Shown: positions 51,217 to 64,000 of the stretch, one piece after another
How positions within the stretch are numbered: position 1 is the first letter of the stretch
How the letters are laid out: each line of letters opens with the position of its first letter
Source of the DNA: Selaginella moellendorffii
Taxonomy: Eukaryota > Plantae > Lycopodiophyta
Direction of reading: 5' to 3'
Length of the DNA: 64,000 nt
Assembly: GCF_000143415.4 (NCBI RefSeq)
Contig: NW_003314280.1
Span: 1-64,000 of the forward strand
Notes under the pieces: model-generated
Seen by the model: the letters and a program-made list of their open reading frames with translations, nothing else
What the model was told of the DNA's origin: nothing
Database searches by the model: none
Position numbers and translations under genes: made by a program

Positions 51217-51221
51217 CCATT

Positions 51222-54200
51222 CCAGTCAGAGGAAGAGGCTTTCGATCATTTCTCATCAACTCCACTGTGTGTGGAACAAGATGGAGCTCGAAGATACTCA
51301 TAAATCAGCTTTAATGCTGGAGGGTGTGTTTTGTGGCAGTCTAGTGCAGATTTTACTGGATAGTGGGAGCAATGACAACTTTGTTTCGGCAAAGTTTGTT
51401 GTGGAGCATGGCCTAGTCACACGAGGAGTTCTTCCATACATGGCGGAAGGTGCAACTACCTCTACTCAGCATTTCAAAGAGTTCTCTGATGTTTTTCCCT
51501 CTAAACTTCCTTATGGATTGCCTCCATTACAAGGTGTGGAGCATGGGATTATGTTAGGATCCTATCCCTTACACCCTAAGCCAACTGGCTAAAGGGGTGA
51601 TCACTTGATTGTAGGGCCCTTTCCTTATCCTATTATCCTGACCTGGTGCCTAACAATCCTCCCGCTTGTCAGGGAATGATCGTCCGTGATCATACGTAGG
51701 CCACGATCCGGTCACCATGGTCCTTCTCTTAGGGTCTACCAAACCTTGTTCTCCCTCTAGATCCACCATGTTGAATATTCCTTAAGAATATTCGTACCCC
51801 ACTCGTCAGCCATGAGAATCAAACTGGGCTCCGATTCCAATGTTAGGATCCTATCCCTTACACCCTAAACCAACTGGCTAAAGGGGTGATCACTTAATTG
51901 CAGGGCCCTTTCTTTATCCTATTATCCTGACCTGGTGCCTAACAGATTACATTGGAGCCGGGGTTGCGGCCAATTTACCAGCGTCCATTTCTATTGAGTT
52001 ATGTCGAGGAGCAAAAAGTTCAGCAATAAGTCAAAGAGTTACTTGAGTTTGGATTTATTCAACCAAATAAGTCTCTGTTTGGTGCTCTGGTTTTGCTTGT
52101 GAAGAAGAAGGATGGTTCAATGAGGATGTGTATTGACTACCGTGCCATGAACAAGAAGACCATGAAGGACAAGATGCCGATGCTGCATGTGGATGATATC
52201 TTAAACAAGCTTGGTGAAACACAAGTGTTTACTAAGATTGATCTAAGGAATGGATATCATCAGATTGCCATAGATGATGCATTTATCTCCAAGACGACAT
52301 TCAAAATAAATTTCAGGCATTTTGAGTTTACGGTTATGCCATTTGGTTTGACAAATGCACCAGCCACATTTACTCAGTTGATGACGGAGGTTTTTAGCAT
52401 TATCTTCATGAGTTTGTGGAGATTCTCTTGGATGATATTCTTGTTTTCAGCAAAAATATGGAGGGGTATAAGGTGCATTTGCACAAGGTTCTTTTATTAT
52501 TCCGTGACAACAAACATTATGTGAAGAAGAGCAAATGTGAGTTTGCAATATCAGAGGTGGAATATCTAGGCCATATTATGACATCCAAGGGTGACAAGAT
52601 GGATCCAAGGAAGGTGGATATAGTGGAGAACTGGCCTAACCAACTTCAGTGGCTGAGTTATGTAGTTTCCTTGGTAAGGCTAGTTACTATTGACATTTTC
52701 AACATAAGTTTGTGGAAGTGGCTATTCCTTTGACATGATTGTTGCACAAGAATGTGCCATTCAAGTGGAAGAAGCCCTATGAGGATAGTTTTGTGGCATT
52801 GAAATGGTTGTTGAGCAAGGCTTGATTGCTTTGCATTGCTGATTCATCAAAACCTTATGAGGTCACATGTGATGCGAGTGGTTATGCACTGGGAGGAGTT
52901 CTCATGCAAGAGGGACAGCCTATTGCATATGAAAGTCAAAGTTTGAATCCTATGGAGCAATGCTATTCCATATATGAACAAAAGTTACTCTCCATTGTTC
53001 ATGCTTTGCAAATGTGGCAGCACTATCTTTATAGTGTAGTGTTCATAGTGTTGACGGATCACAAACCCCTTGTATATCTTTTCACACAGAAGAAGTTGAA
53101 CACTAGGCAAGCTCATTGGATGGTTAAAATTATAAAGTTTGGGAGTTTCCTATTGAGCATCATCCGGGAAAATCTAATGTGGTGGCAAATGCTTTATCTC
53201 GTGTTTGTCATGTGATGGCATTACAAACACAATTTTGTCATCATTTGAGTAATGGTGGTTAGCGAGTTTGGGCAGTTAGTTGAGCGTGCTGAGGCTCAAG
53301 ATGCTGAGGTGGTCTCATTGCAAGCATAGATGGAAGCACCTTTCTCATTAGTGGATGGGATTCTTTACTACAATGGCCATATGTAGTTGCTATGGGTGGA
53401 TGCGTTAATTACTTAGGTTTTATTCCACTATCATGATTGTCTAGAGGCCAGTCATTTTGGGGGGAAGAAGACATATGAGTTGATTAAGCACAATTTCTAT
53501 TGGAGGAATATAAAGGCTAATATCCTTGAGTACTGTAAGTCATGTGAGCTCTGTCAGTAGGTAAAGGTGCCACAGGAGAAGCCGGGGGGACTTTTGCAAC
53601 CTTTACCTATTCCTCAGAGCCGTTGGTGTAATATCTCTGTAGACTTCATCACTTAATTGTCACGAACACAAAGGCAAAAGTAGCAAGTATAGGTCATAGT
53701 GGATCGTTTGACGAAGTATGTGCAATTGTTGGCTATTCAAAATATGTGCAATTGTTGGCTCTTCAAAAGAGTGTCATTGCCTTAGACTTGGTTGCGGTCT
53801 ACTTGGAGAAAGTTTTTTTCTGATTTTGGTTTGTCAGAAGACATTGTTAGCAATCAAGATTCAAAGTTTACTAGTGGATTTAGGAAAAGCTTTACAAAGG
53901 CTATGCAAGTGACTCTAAAACTCTTGAGTGGAGATCATCTTTAGACGGATGGGCAAACTGAGCGTATAAATTAGGTAGTGGAGGATAAGCTATGCTGTAG
54001 CATTGATCAAAGGTAGGGACAATGGGATTTATATCTTCCATTGGAGCAATTTGCCTACAACAATAGCCAACACAGTGGAACCAAGCTAAGTCCTTACTTT
54101 GCATTTTTGGAAGGCATCCTCGAACAATGGTGGAGTTGGAATTGCATTTAAGTAAGGATGTTTAAAAAAATCTTGATTTAGAGGCGACTGATCTGGCCAC

Positions 54201-54580
54201 AGAACTTGATGAGATTCTAGTGGTGTGCAAACAGAATTTGCAAGCAGCTCAAGATAGAGGGGGGAAGTTTGCTAATGAGCATCGCCAATTCTGGGAATAT
54301 AAAGTAGGTGATTTCATCTTTGTGTGAGTGATCTTTCAATCAAGTGAGCAGTGGAACACTTGAGTGCCTTTGTGGAATGGGAAGAGTGATAAACTTTCTT
54401 ATTGGTATGCTAGTCCATATGAAGTGCTGGAGTGCATCGGTAAGGCGGCTTATTGGGTGCAGTTGGGGTGAAAATTCATCTGGTATTTTATGTTAGCTAG
54501 TTGAAAGGTGTACTATTTCAGAGTGACGAGCCCAATGCCTCTTTGATGTATATGGCTGTGGAAGATGGATCAGAAGCTTG
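51222..54580 (+). pseudogene. pol: Decayed Gypsy pol (protease, RT, RNase H, integrase)
   Basis: [37 protein letters not shown] and integrase remnants with stops and frameshifts. Confidence 0.9.
51552..51944 (-). mobile_element. TRIM, same family as 6175-6858
   Basis: LTRs 51552-51655 and 51841-51944; TSD GATTA. Confidence 0.93.
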
Positions 54581-55629
54581 AGCAGGGTTCCCCAGAAAGG
54601 GTGATCACTAGTACAACTCGTTCTTAGGACAAGGACTTTGTTAGGGGGAAGAATTGTTAGGTGCCAGCTTTGACCATGTGGTCAATATCGGTCAAAGGGA
54701 GGTGCAAGGGTATATTAAGGCATGTTAGGATAAGGAACTTAACCTACCCTACAGCTCATAGTGGAGCGGTGGCTAAATGGAGCTTTTGATGTAGCTCGAG
54801 GGTGGTTCGGTGGTAAGGAACCTTAAGAGGTGGCATAGCATAGTCTAGGGTGACTAGATCTTTGTCTTTTTTGTGTCGGATCATAACACAACCCTTCTAA
54901 AAAAAGAAACGAAACCCATTGGTAAGGTTTAAATAAACTAATATAAACAAGTAGTTAAAGTTATTTACATACTCACGCCCTTTTTAGACAAAAATAAAGA
55001 ACATCGAAAGAGAGGTGGGTGATGTGACTAGTTGATAATAGCTACCCCATGACTAGATAGTTCATCATGCATATGAAGCACTGAAACCAATCTACCTATA
55101 CTGGCCCAAACTCCAAGATCAAGAGATGGACAATATCAAAGTTATAAACAATGATATTTTAGAGATTTAATTATTAGTGAATAAATATCATTTTAGAACA
55201 TAAAAGTATTCTAAGTAAGTTAGCATATGATAAACTAGTATTATAGTATAGAAATCACCAAGATTATCAGAATTGTGTAACACACCTAAATTTGGAGCCA
55301 AACTCCAAATCCGTTGCACTACAAAACAAGGGTCTAGTACAATCCTACGAGCACCAGCTCCCCATATCCAGCACTTGTATGCAAAATGGTGACAGACAAT
55401 GTCTGGCACGATTTTGGCATACTAGTGGCCTAACACGAGGAGGACGGTACTCCCTCAATTAGAGCAGCATGGAGCTTGGGTTTAGACCCAAGCTGGACAC
55501 AAAACAAAGAGTGACACAACCCAGTGGTAGCCAAAGTAATATCTTAAATGGTCAGACATGCATTCCAACAATTATCCCTTTTGTCACAAGACAAACACCA
55601 TTGTGTTCAGGCCAATCTCTATATTCTCA

Positions 55630-58600
55630 TCACCTGTTATGAAATGTCCTAAGAACACTTTCAAATGCACTCTCCTTCTCTAGTGCAAAAACTGTATGGC
55701 CAATCTCTTTAGCCGCTAGCACCATCGAACAAAAACCTGCTGTAGCATCAAGCACAATCCCCTTAGGAGAACAAAAAAACTCTTGGAGGATTTGCATGGC
55801 ATTTGGTGAACAGTGTTGATAGCCAGGGAACTCTATATGATGGTCCTTGTCAATGACATTTGGGATGATATCTATTAAGCTATCATATCCTGGCAATGCC
55901 AAACTTGCACACTCATCAGCTCATGTAATACTGTGATAGCAAGAGTAGTGGCAGAGAGCATGGTATTTCCATGCTAAAACCTACAATGAAAAGAGGCAAT
56001 CAATTTAAGATATGAAAAAATAAGGAAATGCAAACCTTTTGGATTTGGCCACTTGCTCCTTTTGTTTCGATCGGGATGTTTCAGAGTAGGCAACCTTATG
56101 CAAACTCAACCAATCTAGAGTCATCATTCTCTGGCATTGTTGCAAGAAGACCTCCCCAAAATAAAGAATGGGGAAGAATGACTAGCATAATGCCCTCATA
56201 TTGCAACACCTTGGATGCCACATCCACCGCTTGAGAAATATGGTCTGGTCAAAGGATGTTCCAAGATGGAGTGTTGCCTTGTAAAGGTGGTAACCCATCA
56301 GGCGAGTCGAAGAATGCAAGGTCGATGTCAAAAGTATTGTTCATTCCCAATCCTCGCATCCATCGATGGAACATAGAAGACTCTCGGCTCACGTTGTTGG
56401 AAAGTTGAAAGTAGTCTCCAATAACTATTTCCGTATTGCCAACACTTCCCATAGGAGAAAGAGGCCGAACCTGAATAGTTTTCAAAATCGGGAAATATTA
56501 ATGTTAATACATGTTTTTTTTCATACCTATTATTGTGAAGCCAATGAAGATAACTCTTGGAGGTCATCCTCTATAACAGTGGGGAGGGATGGAAAGAATG
56601 CATTTGTATGTTGGCATATAGAGTGCTAGTTGGTTTCTCTGACATTTACAACCAAATTACAAAAAGAAAGGTCATTGGAAATTAAGTTCTTACTCTCTTG
56701 GACATCCTTACTATAGAGCTGCCTTCATACATTTTGAGCAGTTGGGGCTGGACGAGTAGCAGTAGTAGGATCTAGGGAATGAGCAACTGCTGTAGGATGA
56801 GATGGGGCAGGAGAGTTTTCAATTGGGTTCTCCACTTGTTCATCTTCGGTTTGCACAATATGAATCTCGTCCCTGTCTTAAGGCATCTCCACTCCCTCCA
56901 AAAGTGCCTCTACAATAAAGTAGAAACATAAGTTACTGCTAGGAAGTTTTACTCATCAAACCTGGATAACACTTGAGGTAGAGATCAAGCTCAAAAAGGT
57001 GACGATGGCATTTGCCTCCACAACTCCAAGTATCATGGACAAAGTTCTCACTCCCGTGCAGTGGGACAATGGAACTTTGGCTCAAACATGCCAATTTCTT
57101 CCCACCAGTTAAGAGCTTGAGAAAAACACTTGCTGTGTACACTTGGGCAATGATTTAAATACCTACAAAAGAGCCATGATTAAATAAGCAAGTCAATTTC
57201 TTGAATATACCTATATGCCATGTGGCAAGAAAAAAATGGTTGGCCAGGCTGGTTCTTGAAATCTATGGAGCTTGAGTTGCTATCAAGAAGCCATCCATCC
57301 CCGAGCTCTTGAAGGGAAGCTTGCACACATTCTGGAAGTGCTATACCGGTGCAGGAACTAGTAAGGAACTCTGTATCACAAGCTTGAAGTAGCTCCTCAA
57401 CAACTGCAATACTTTGAGTGATATAGAGCTTCTCCTTCATCATATTCTCAAGTTTGCTCTTCAACCTCTTATCATTGTTATGATGCCAAGTGTTGAGGAA
57501 CTCTAAGAAAGTGGTTTGTTCATTGAAGAAGAGCTTGTTTTTTGCGATGTTATAAATCAATTCTTAAGGTGCTTTACCATTTCCTGCAAAGACAAGGATT
57601 TTAAAGTGGAATAAAAGGGACTAACTTACTGCCATGAGAGCATATCTCTACAATGCAATTCAGCCAATCTTTATTGCATTGGATGTTTGCAATCGCAAGT
57701 AACTTCTTCACCTTTGATTCCTTCGAGTTCAAAATGTGCTGCTCAATTTTTCATAGTTCAAGGTTCTTTTTCACCTCATCTATCACTTGTGTAATCTTCA
57801 AATGTGAGTTTTGCTCCACCTTGACAATTGGCTAAAAGGAAAGCTTGTGAGTAGAAAACACAAGTTCATACAAGAAAAGAATACCTTTGCCTAGACCACA
57901 ACCAAAAAATCCATAGGCACCTAATACCAAGTAAGCAACTCTTGGCCTTTACGTGCTACAAGCTTTGCTTGAATTGCTTCCATAACCTCACGACTATATA
58001 GATATGGATTTCCTTGAGAGAAAGCATGGCAACATATCAAAGATGCTCGATATCATGGACCAAGGTATGTGCTTGGAAAGCAAATTGATTAAGCCTGTAA
58101 CATAATTGGTGAGAACAAAGGTTAGTAAAAGATTCTTACATGTTGATTTTGTGACATGCCAAGTTGAGCCTCACAGCTTGGTTTTGATCCTGTGGCTCCA
58201 CAAGTGTCATTGGAACACAAATATATCACTCGTCATCATCCTAGAACTTCTCTTGGATACACCTCCAAAACGCTAGCCACTGTTAGTTTCCATCAATAAT
58301 GAAGAACATCCAGCCTACAATGGCTTGTGTCTCTTTGTGGCATGCCATCAAAGTATCAAACTCTTGAGATTTCCTCTGCCATATTTGATCCCAAGTCTGC
58401 TCAATCTTGGGGGTAACCATGTCTGTGTGATTTGTTCTGAGGAATGATGGCAACACAATAAATGGTTCAGTAGTGTGCCCGAATCCAACCTCTATGAAAG
58501 AGGTATAAATAGCCATGTTGAGGTTATAGGCTGAGCGCACCCAATGACTCTGCTTAAGACAGCAAATTGGAATCTAAAGATGTTGGGATTCTTTCCAAGC

Positions 58601-59077
58601 CATTTCACCTAACACCTTGCTAATAGTTTATTCTTGAGCCTAGACAATAGTCTCGCATACTCTCTTATTCAAGATCGTGTCAGCCTCTACCATAGTTACC
58701 ACCTCATTTCTATGACCTTCAGGAGTAGCAGCATGTCTACCATTAACACCACCAAGATCTGCCCCACCACCTATAGCACCAGGTGCCTCATTTGTACCAC
58801 CAAGTTCTGCCCCACTACCATCAGCAGCTTCTCCTGTGCTATAGATAGGTTCTACATTTCCATGCTCTCTAGAACAATTTCGCTCTTGCATGTTAACACC
58901 TGGATCAAGATCAACCATTACTTGGATCTGGACACCACTACTCCCACCATGGTCTTCCTGCAAAATAGTGCTTTGAACTTGTGAGGTATCCTTAGTGAAT
59001 CTAGCACAACAATCTAATCATTTTCCTGGAGAATGGGTCCATTGAGGTTGACCAGCATGCTTCTTCTGTTGTGGCAT
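55630..59077 (-). pseudogene. Multi-exon ParB-like + beta-class DNA amino-methyltransferase (N4C/N6A-type) pseudogene
   Basis: FFIIDGN*QWLAF (~58268-58306; ParB DGxHR-like), IDLAFFDSPDG (56294-56326; DPPY-like motif IV), then SPKGIVLDATAGFCSMVLAAKEIGHTVFALE (motif I). Short GT-AG introns, many stops. Confidence 0.68.
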
Positions 59078-59149
59078 GATTTATATGTCTGTTTAAATGA
59101 CAAATAAACTTGAGTAAACATTAAAAAAAAGTTTTGAAGAAAAATAGGA

Positions 59150-59785
59150 GCAATTTCTTTGGCATTGGGAAGATTAATTTGTTGTTGAACCAATCTACCA
59201 GCACCAAGGGAACAAAAGAAAAAAAGAAAAGAAATAGCTCCCTTGGTGCTGGGAAGATTGGTTCGGTGGTAAACAAATCTTCCAGTGCAAAGAAAAGTAA
59301 AAAAGAAAGAAAAGGAATAGTGCTGAGAAGATCGGTTCGGTGGCAAACTAATCTTCTAGCACTGAGAGAACAAAATAAAAAGAAGAAAAGAAGCAATTCC
59401 CTTGGCACTAGAAGATTGGCTCGTTTCTAAACTGATCTTCTCAGTGCCAAGGGAACAAAAAAAGAAAAAAGAAGCAGTTCCCTTGGCATTAGAAGTTCGG
59501 TTCATCACCAAACCGATCTTCTCAGTGTCAAGGGAACAAAAAAAAAAAAAAAAAAAAAGCAATTCCCTTGGCACTGGAAGATCGGTTTGTCGCTAAACTG
59601 ATTTTCTTAGTGCCAAGGGAACAAAAAAAAGAAAAAAAACAAGTAGTTCCCTTGGCATTGGGAAGATTAGTTTATCGCCAAATTGATCTTACAGCACCAA
59701 GGCAATGACTAGAAAAAAAAAACCTAAAATCTGATGTGTTGGGAAGATTGGTTTGCTGCCAAACCAATCATTCCAGCACGAAGTA
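59150..59785. repeat. Array of ~8 palindromic ~60-bp units separated by A-tracts
   Basis: Unit approximately TTCCCTTGGCACTGGGAAGATCGGTTTG-n-CAAACCGATCTTCYCAGTGCCAAGGGAA, period ~80-85 bp. Confidence 0.85.
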
Positions 59786-60175
59786 GCCATGAGGCGCAAG
59801 TTACTCGTGAGCTAGGAATAAAAGATGGGGAGATGGAAAAGCAGCAAAGAGAGGTATACCTTGATTGAGGAGTGTCTTTCTAGTGTCTTGAAGAGCATGT
59901 AATGTCTTGATTGAGAAGCATCTTGAGGCACATTGCGAGATTCAAATGTTTTTCTCTTGCCCTTGCTTGCTCAAACCCTTGCAGTAAAACCCTAAAAATT
60001 AACAGTCACAATCAATGGTCATGATCTCATTCTCTTAAATAGCAATTGCTTTCTAGATTCTAGTGATATGTCAAATTTTTTAACAATACGTGGATATATT
60101 TATTGGATAAATCCACTATGAACATAGATTTCATGTGTTCTTTCCAAGGAGACAATCATTCAATGCTTTAGATAT

Positions 60176-60555
60176 TAATTGTATAATTGATTGTGAAAAG
60201 AATAATGCTATTGAAATGAATAGGGTTATGAGTGAGTGATGCATATTAATCACAAGAGTTGTAACATTAATTGCTTGTTTTCCCTCTCATCTCCATGCTC
60301 TTTTCCCTTCAAAAGAGTTTCAGTCTTTTATGATAAGTGAGAGTTTTGGTTCGTGCGCGGCTTTTTTCGAAAGAACTTATCACAAAACTCTCACTTATCA
60401 CAAAAGAATACAACTCTTTTGAAGGGAAAAGAGCATGGAGATGAGAGGGAGAACAAGCAATTAATGCTACAACTCTCATGATTAATCGGCACCTCTCACT
60501 CATAACCCCATTCATTTTAACAGTATTATTTCTCTCACAATCAATTATACAATTA
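60176..60555. repeat. ~380-bp inverted repeat (arms ~170 bp)
   Basis: 60176-60348 is complementary to 60383-60555 with scattered mismatches. Confidence 0.9.
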
Positions 60556-60721
60556 GTATGGGTGGCTCTTTAAGATTCTTATATATCTTTAGATTCTAAA
60601 TGGTTGTATATTTTGTTAAAATAATTGACTTATCCTTTGCAAGGACACAGCTAATTAAAGCTCACAATACAGAAAAATATCTTTGTTCGCTTTTGTTAGT
60701 TTCTCCCCAAATTTTTTCTAA

Positions 60722-63290
60722 GTGCTTGAGCAAGGAGAAGATATGAGAGAATTCTACTTGAAGTTCAATCAAGAGCCTCTAATTATTTTCTTTAAGAGTG
60801 TTATAAAAGAAAGCTTCCTCTATAGAAGATTCAAGTTGAAGCTAGGATCAATTAGTTTGGAGAATGTATATTGGGATAAGGGTAATCAGATAGAAAAATC
60901 CATTCTTCTCAACAATGGTGTGGGAGAGAATGGGATTCAGTGGGATGTATAAGTCAGGAGATTTTAGTTATAGGATCTCTAAAGCGAGCAAAAGAGAGTG
61001 TGTCAATTTCACAGTCAACTGTGCAAGGAGTAAAGGATGAAGTTATTTTCTTTAATGACAAAAATGAAGAAGATGAGCTTTTCAACATAGCTTCCCAAAC
61101 AAGTAGGTGCATTCTTTTTAGACCAGTTTTTAAGCAGTGGATAAGACATTTTGGCAATCTCGATCATTCTGATACATGAGAGGTGAGGAGCTTCTGTCTT
61201 CCTATAATGGGAATATATTCTTTGAATTTCCACTGGCCAATTTGTCAAGCAAGAAAAGGGGCATGGAGACGTGTCTTGATCCACATAATTGGTGCAAAGT
61301 AAAGAAGACCCACTTCTCCCATTTCGACGGATCTGTGTCCATAGTCCATTGTGGTGGACAACTTCAGTGTGTTGTTGAGAAATGCATTTTTGATCATGGC
61401 AAGAATATGTTTTTGTTTGAAAGCTCAGCAATCAATCCCCTAGACGTGATGAGGTTGCTACAGGGTTTAGATGTCACAAATGTGGGGTAACACTTGTGTG
61501 TCAAGCATGTTGCAATGCAAAGATGTATTATTTTCTTCCACGGGATGGATGTTTAGGCAGAGCAGTAATGCATGTTGGATACCACCAACATGCAATAGAG
61601 GAAGGAATCCATCATGATTCTTTTAGCAATTTGAAGGCTGCTGTTACTACAGAGGCTAAGAAGAAAAGTGCCGCAACTCCAAAGTGTGTTCAACAATTTG
61701 TATTAAAGGACTTAGTGGTGAACACGTTGCTACAAGCTGATAGAAAAAAAGAGTTCATAGAGAACAGCTTGAAGGACTTGCTTCAAAATATAGAACCCAT
61801 GACAAATTTAAACAGGCATAACTATGGTGGCACGAAGGAGACAAAATGCCAATTAGAAACCTTTCACAAATGGAGTGTTGGGTTGCATGGTGGGAAGTTC
61901 GAATGTTTCAATAGGGCCATTATATTCTCTATATAAGTTTTCTCTCATTTTCTTTTTCTTGTCACATGCAAATGTTGTTTTTTTCCTAGGATCAACCACT
62001 TGATGATATTGCACTTATACCAACAATTAATCTCTTTGAGAGCAAACATTGGAGTTAGAGAGTTTCAGAAGCAGAGAAAGGAAAAGTGTCCCTCTATGAA
62101 GCTACACTCTTTGACCTCACTACGTCTCTTGAGTAGTCATCAAAAGCTTTAGCTGCACAGGAAGCAAGGTTTTCTGGTACAGGTCCAAACTTAGACAAGC
62201 TTCAAGAGCGGGTTGGTAGAAGGACAAAAGTAGCAGCAGGGTCAATATCTAAGATGGTGGAGGAAGTTGTTACTAGAACTCCTATGGAATCAAGTTATGA
62301 ACCACTTAGAGACATGAGGACAGCCTGTATGAAGTGTCAATAAACATTTGATAAGCCCAACATCACTCCTTTTAACTCTCACCGTTCAGAGTTTGACTAC
62401 CATTCTATTCTATGACACTGGAAAAGAACTAAGGAACATAGAGTGGAGGAGGTGTCAATTGTTACACAAGTAAATCTAGTGCCAAAGGTTGAGAAGGTTA
62501 TTGCTCATGAGCCAATTTCTCATATCAATTAGGCAATTCAAAGAGTTAGTGCCAAGAGTAATGCGCATTGCTCCGGAATGATTGGGAGTCGAGATCAATG
62601 TCTTGCATATGTGTGCTCAACTTCAAGTTCTTTAGCAGTACTATGTTTTTAGGGCTATCGAGATCTAGGGGTAAAGGGCCACTAGTCAAGTTGGATTTAT
62701 TGTTGTGGGACTGATGTTACTCATATAAACTAGATTCACAGCTCAATTATCTTGAAACCAAATTCTGTGTTAGAGGAGTGGCCAGTTGAGTGAAGCTGCA
62801 ATCTTTTGAAAGAAGAGATTGAAAGTCTGGAGAGAGCTAGTTTCAAGCTGAAGACTTCCTCAAATATTGCTATTGATACTGCTATGCCACCAATGTCAAC
62901 ACTAGACCGGCATATACGACTAGCTAGAAATGGGAAGGCTATACAATATAGGTTTTTCATTTCAAAAGGTGCACAAGAGAACATCAAGCTGGTAAAGGTG
63001 TTGAAATGCACAATCACAAGGATAAACTACATCAGTGCCATGGCTAAGGAGTTTGTTATTGTGACTAAGTCGTTAAAGGGTACAAGTTACACTATCAAAA
63101 TTTGTGAAAATCCATCCTGTACCTGTCCAGATTTTATATAGAGGGAGAACAGGGGAAAGGTATATTTAGCTTGCAAGCACATTTATTACATTTTTATGCA
63201 AGAATTAAGCCAAGATCCTAAGGTCGACCATCATATCCATCAGGCAAGCCTTACAATTGTAGAGTTTGAGAAGTGTTATAGATTGCTTTT
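60722..63290 (+). pseudogene. GCM-like Zn domain + SWIM-finger transposase-related pseudogene (MULE-like)
   Basis: DPHNW..HCGGQLQC..C..CNAKMYY..MHVGYHQH in the N-terminal part; C-terminal SWIM CTCPDF...CKHIYY (~63118-63190). Many stops; no catalytic core recognised. Confidence 0.6.
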
Positions 63291-64000
63291 AGTGTTTAGA
63301 TCTATATTTATATTTGTATTTTATTGGTCGAATTTACTTGGAAATATAGATTAAATCAAATTTTGAAAAATGAAAAGATGTTGGTTTAGGATGAACCAAT
63401 GTTTTTCTTGTGTTTGAGAAGTTGTGAGCTTAGCTCATGAGCTTATGAGCTCAAAACCTACTTGGGGTCAGCAAATCTAGAGACTTTCCATAATTAACTA
63501 ATGGAAAGAAATGAGACCAAAACAAAGGGCATGATAGCGAGGGTGTTTGGTAGACATGGTAAGCTATCATCTAGCGAATATTGAGGGACCAATCTCAATA
63601 TTGTGGAGGTTTTTGATACTAGCAAATGTAAGCTAATGACATGAGTTTCTCAAACCAGGCCAAGTATGCTCAACAAGAAACACATAGGGTTCCTATCTTA
63701 TATTTATCAATTTAAGTGCAAGGTTATTGACTAGTTTCTCAACTATCTCAAGTAAGATCGATAAAGGGAATCAACTAGACCAACCTCTTACTGTCATGGC
63801 AGTAAGGAAAAAGTGTCTGTAAAGATTGGTTGACAATTATCTTTCGATACCCGAAGTCACATTTATGATACTCTCCCCCCCTTGGGGAAGATCAAGTTGT
63901 GTTTGTGAGTTATTTAGCATACTATCTACAATCTTCGGTAGTTAAATTTTCTCATTGAGTTTACTTGATGATATACTTGCTATTGAATTTTGTTGGATGG

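Larger units (their letters stand above)
45129..54888 (+). mobile_element. Old Ty3/Gypsy element with short LTRs, decayed, hosting two insertions
   Basis: LTRs 45129-45340 and 54655-54888; PBS-like ttggtattaaag; PPT agggggaagaat; flanks taact/caacc. Confidence 0.85.

Noticed and set aside
59150-59785. CRISPR array
   Set aside because: Spacers are poly-A rather than unique sequence, there are no cas genes, and the context is a eukaryotic intron.
55600-63470. TIRs/TSD for the second ParB-MTase unit
   Set aside because: None found by eye; the unit is old and probably truncated, so its mobility is inferred only.

Overview
This is repeat-rich eukaryotic DNA with no intact host gene. It is probably a non-seed land plant; this is inferred from ~50-nt GT-AG introns, tRNA-iMet-primed chromoviral Gypsy elements, TRIMs and CG/CHG-type C>T decay. 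The main structure is a ~26.2-kb DNA transposon at 8197-34437 (~12.8 kb without its nested insert) with 24-bp TIRs and a 4-bp TACT target-site duplication. It carries a Sola-like transposase (+ strand) head-to-head with a multi-exon cargo gene (- strand): ParB/Srx-like domain, degenerate beta-class amino-methyltransferase-like fold, and an FCP1/HAD-like domain. About 30 copies of a 20-bp palindrome (TGGCRTGWGGCCWCAYGCCA) lie in the element, many inside tiny introns. A second, older unit (~55630-63300) has the same layout: a ParB + DNA amino-methyltransferase pseudogene divergent from a different (GCM/SWIM, MULE-like) transposase relic, with its own palindrome array. Nested in the first transposase is a 3-LTR tandem of a chromodomain Ty3/Gypsy element whose integrase is split by two spliceosomal-type introns. 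The rest is nested Gypsy, LARD, TRIM and solo-LTR debris. All domain calls come from motif recognition by eye and need HMM or structure confirmation.
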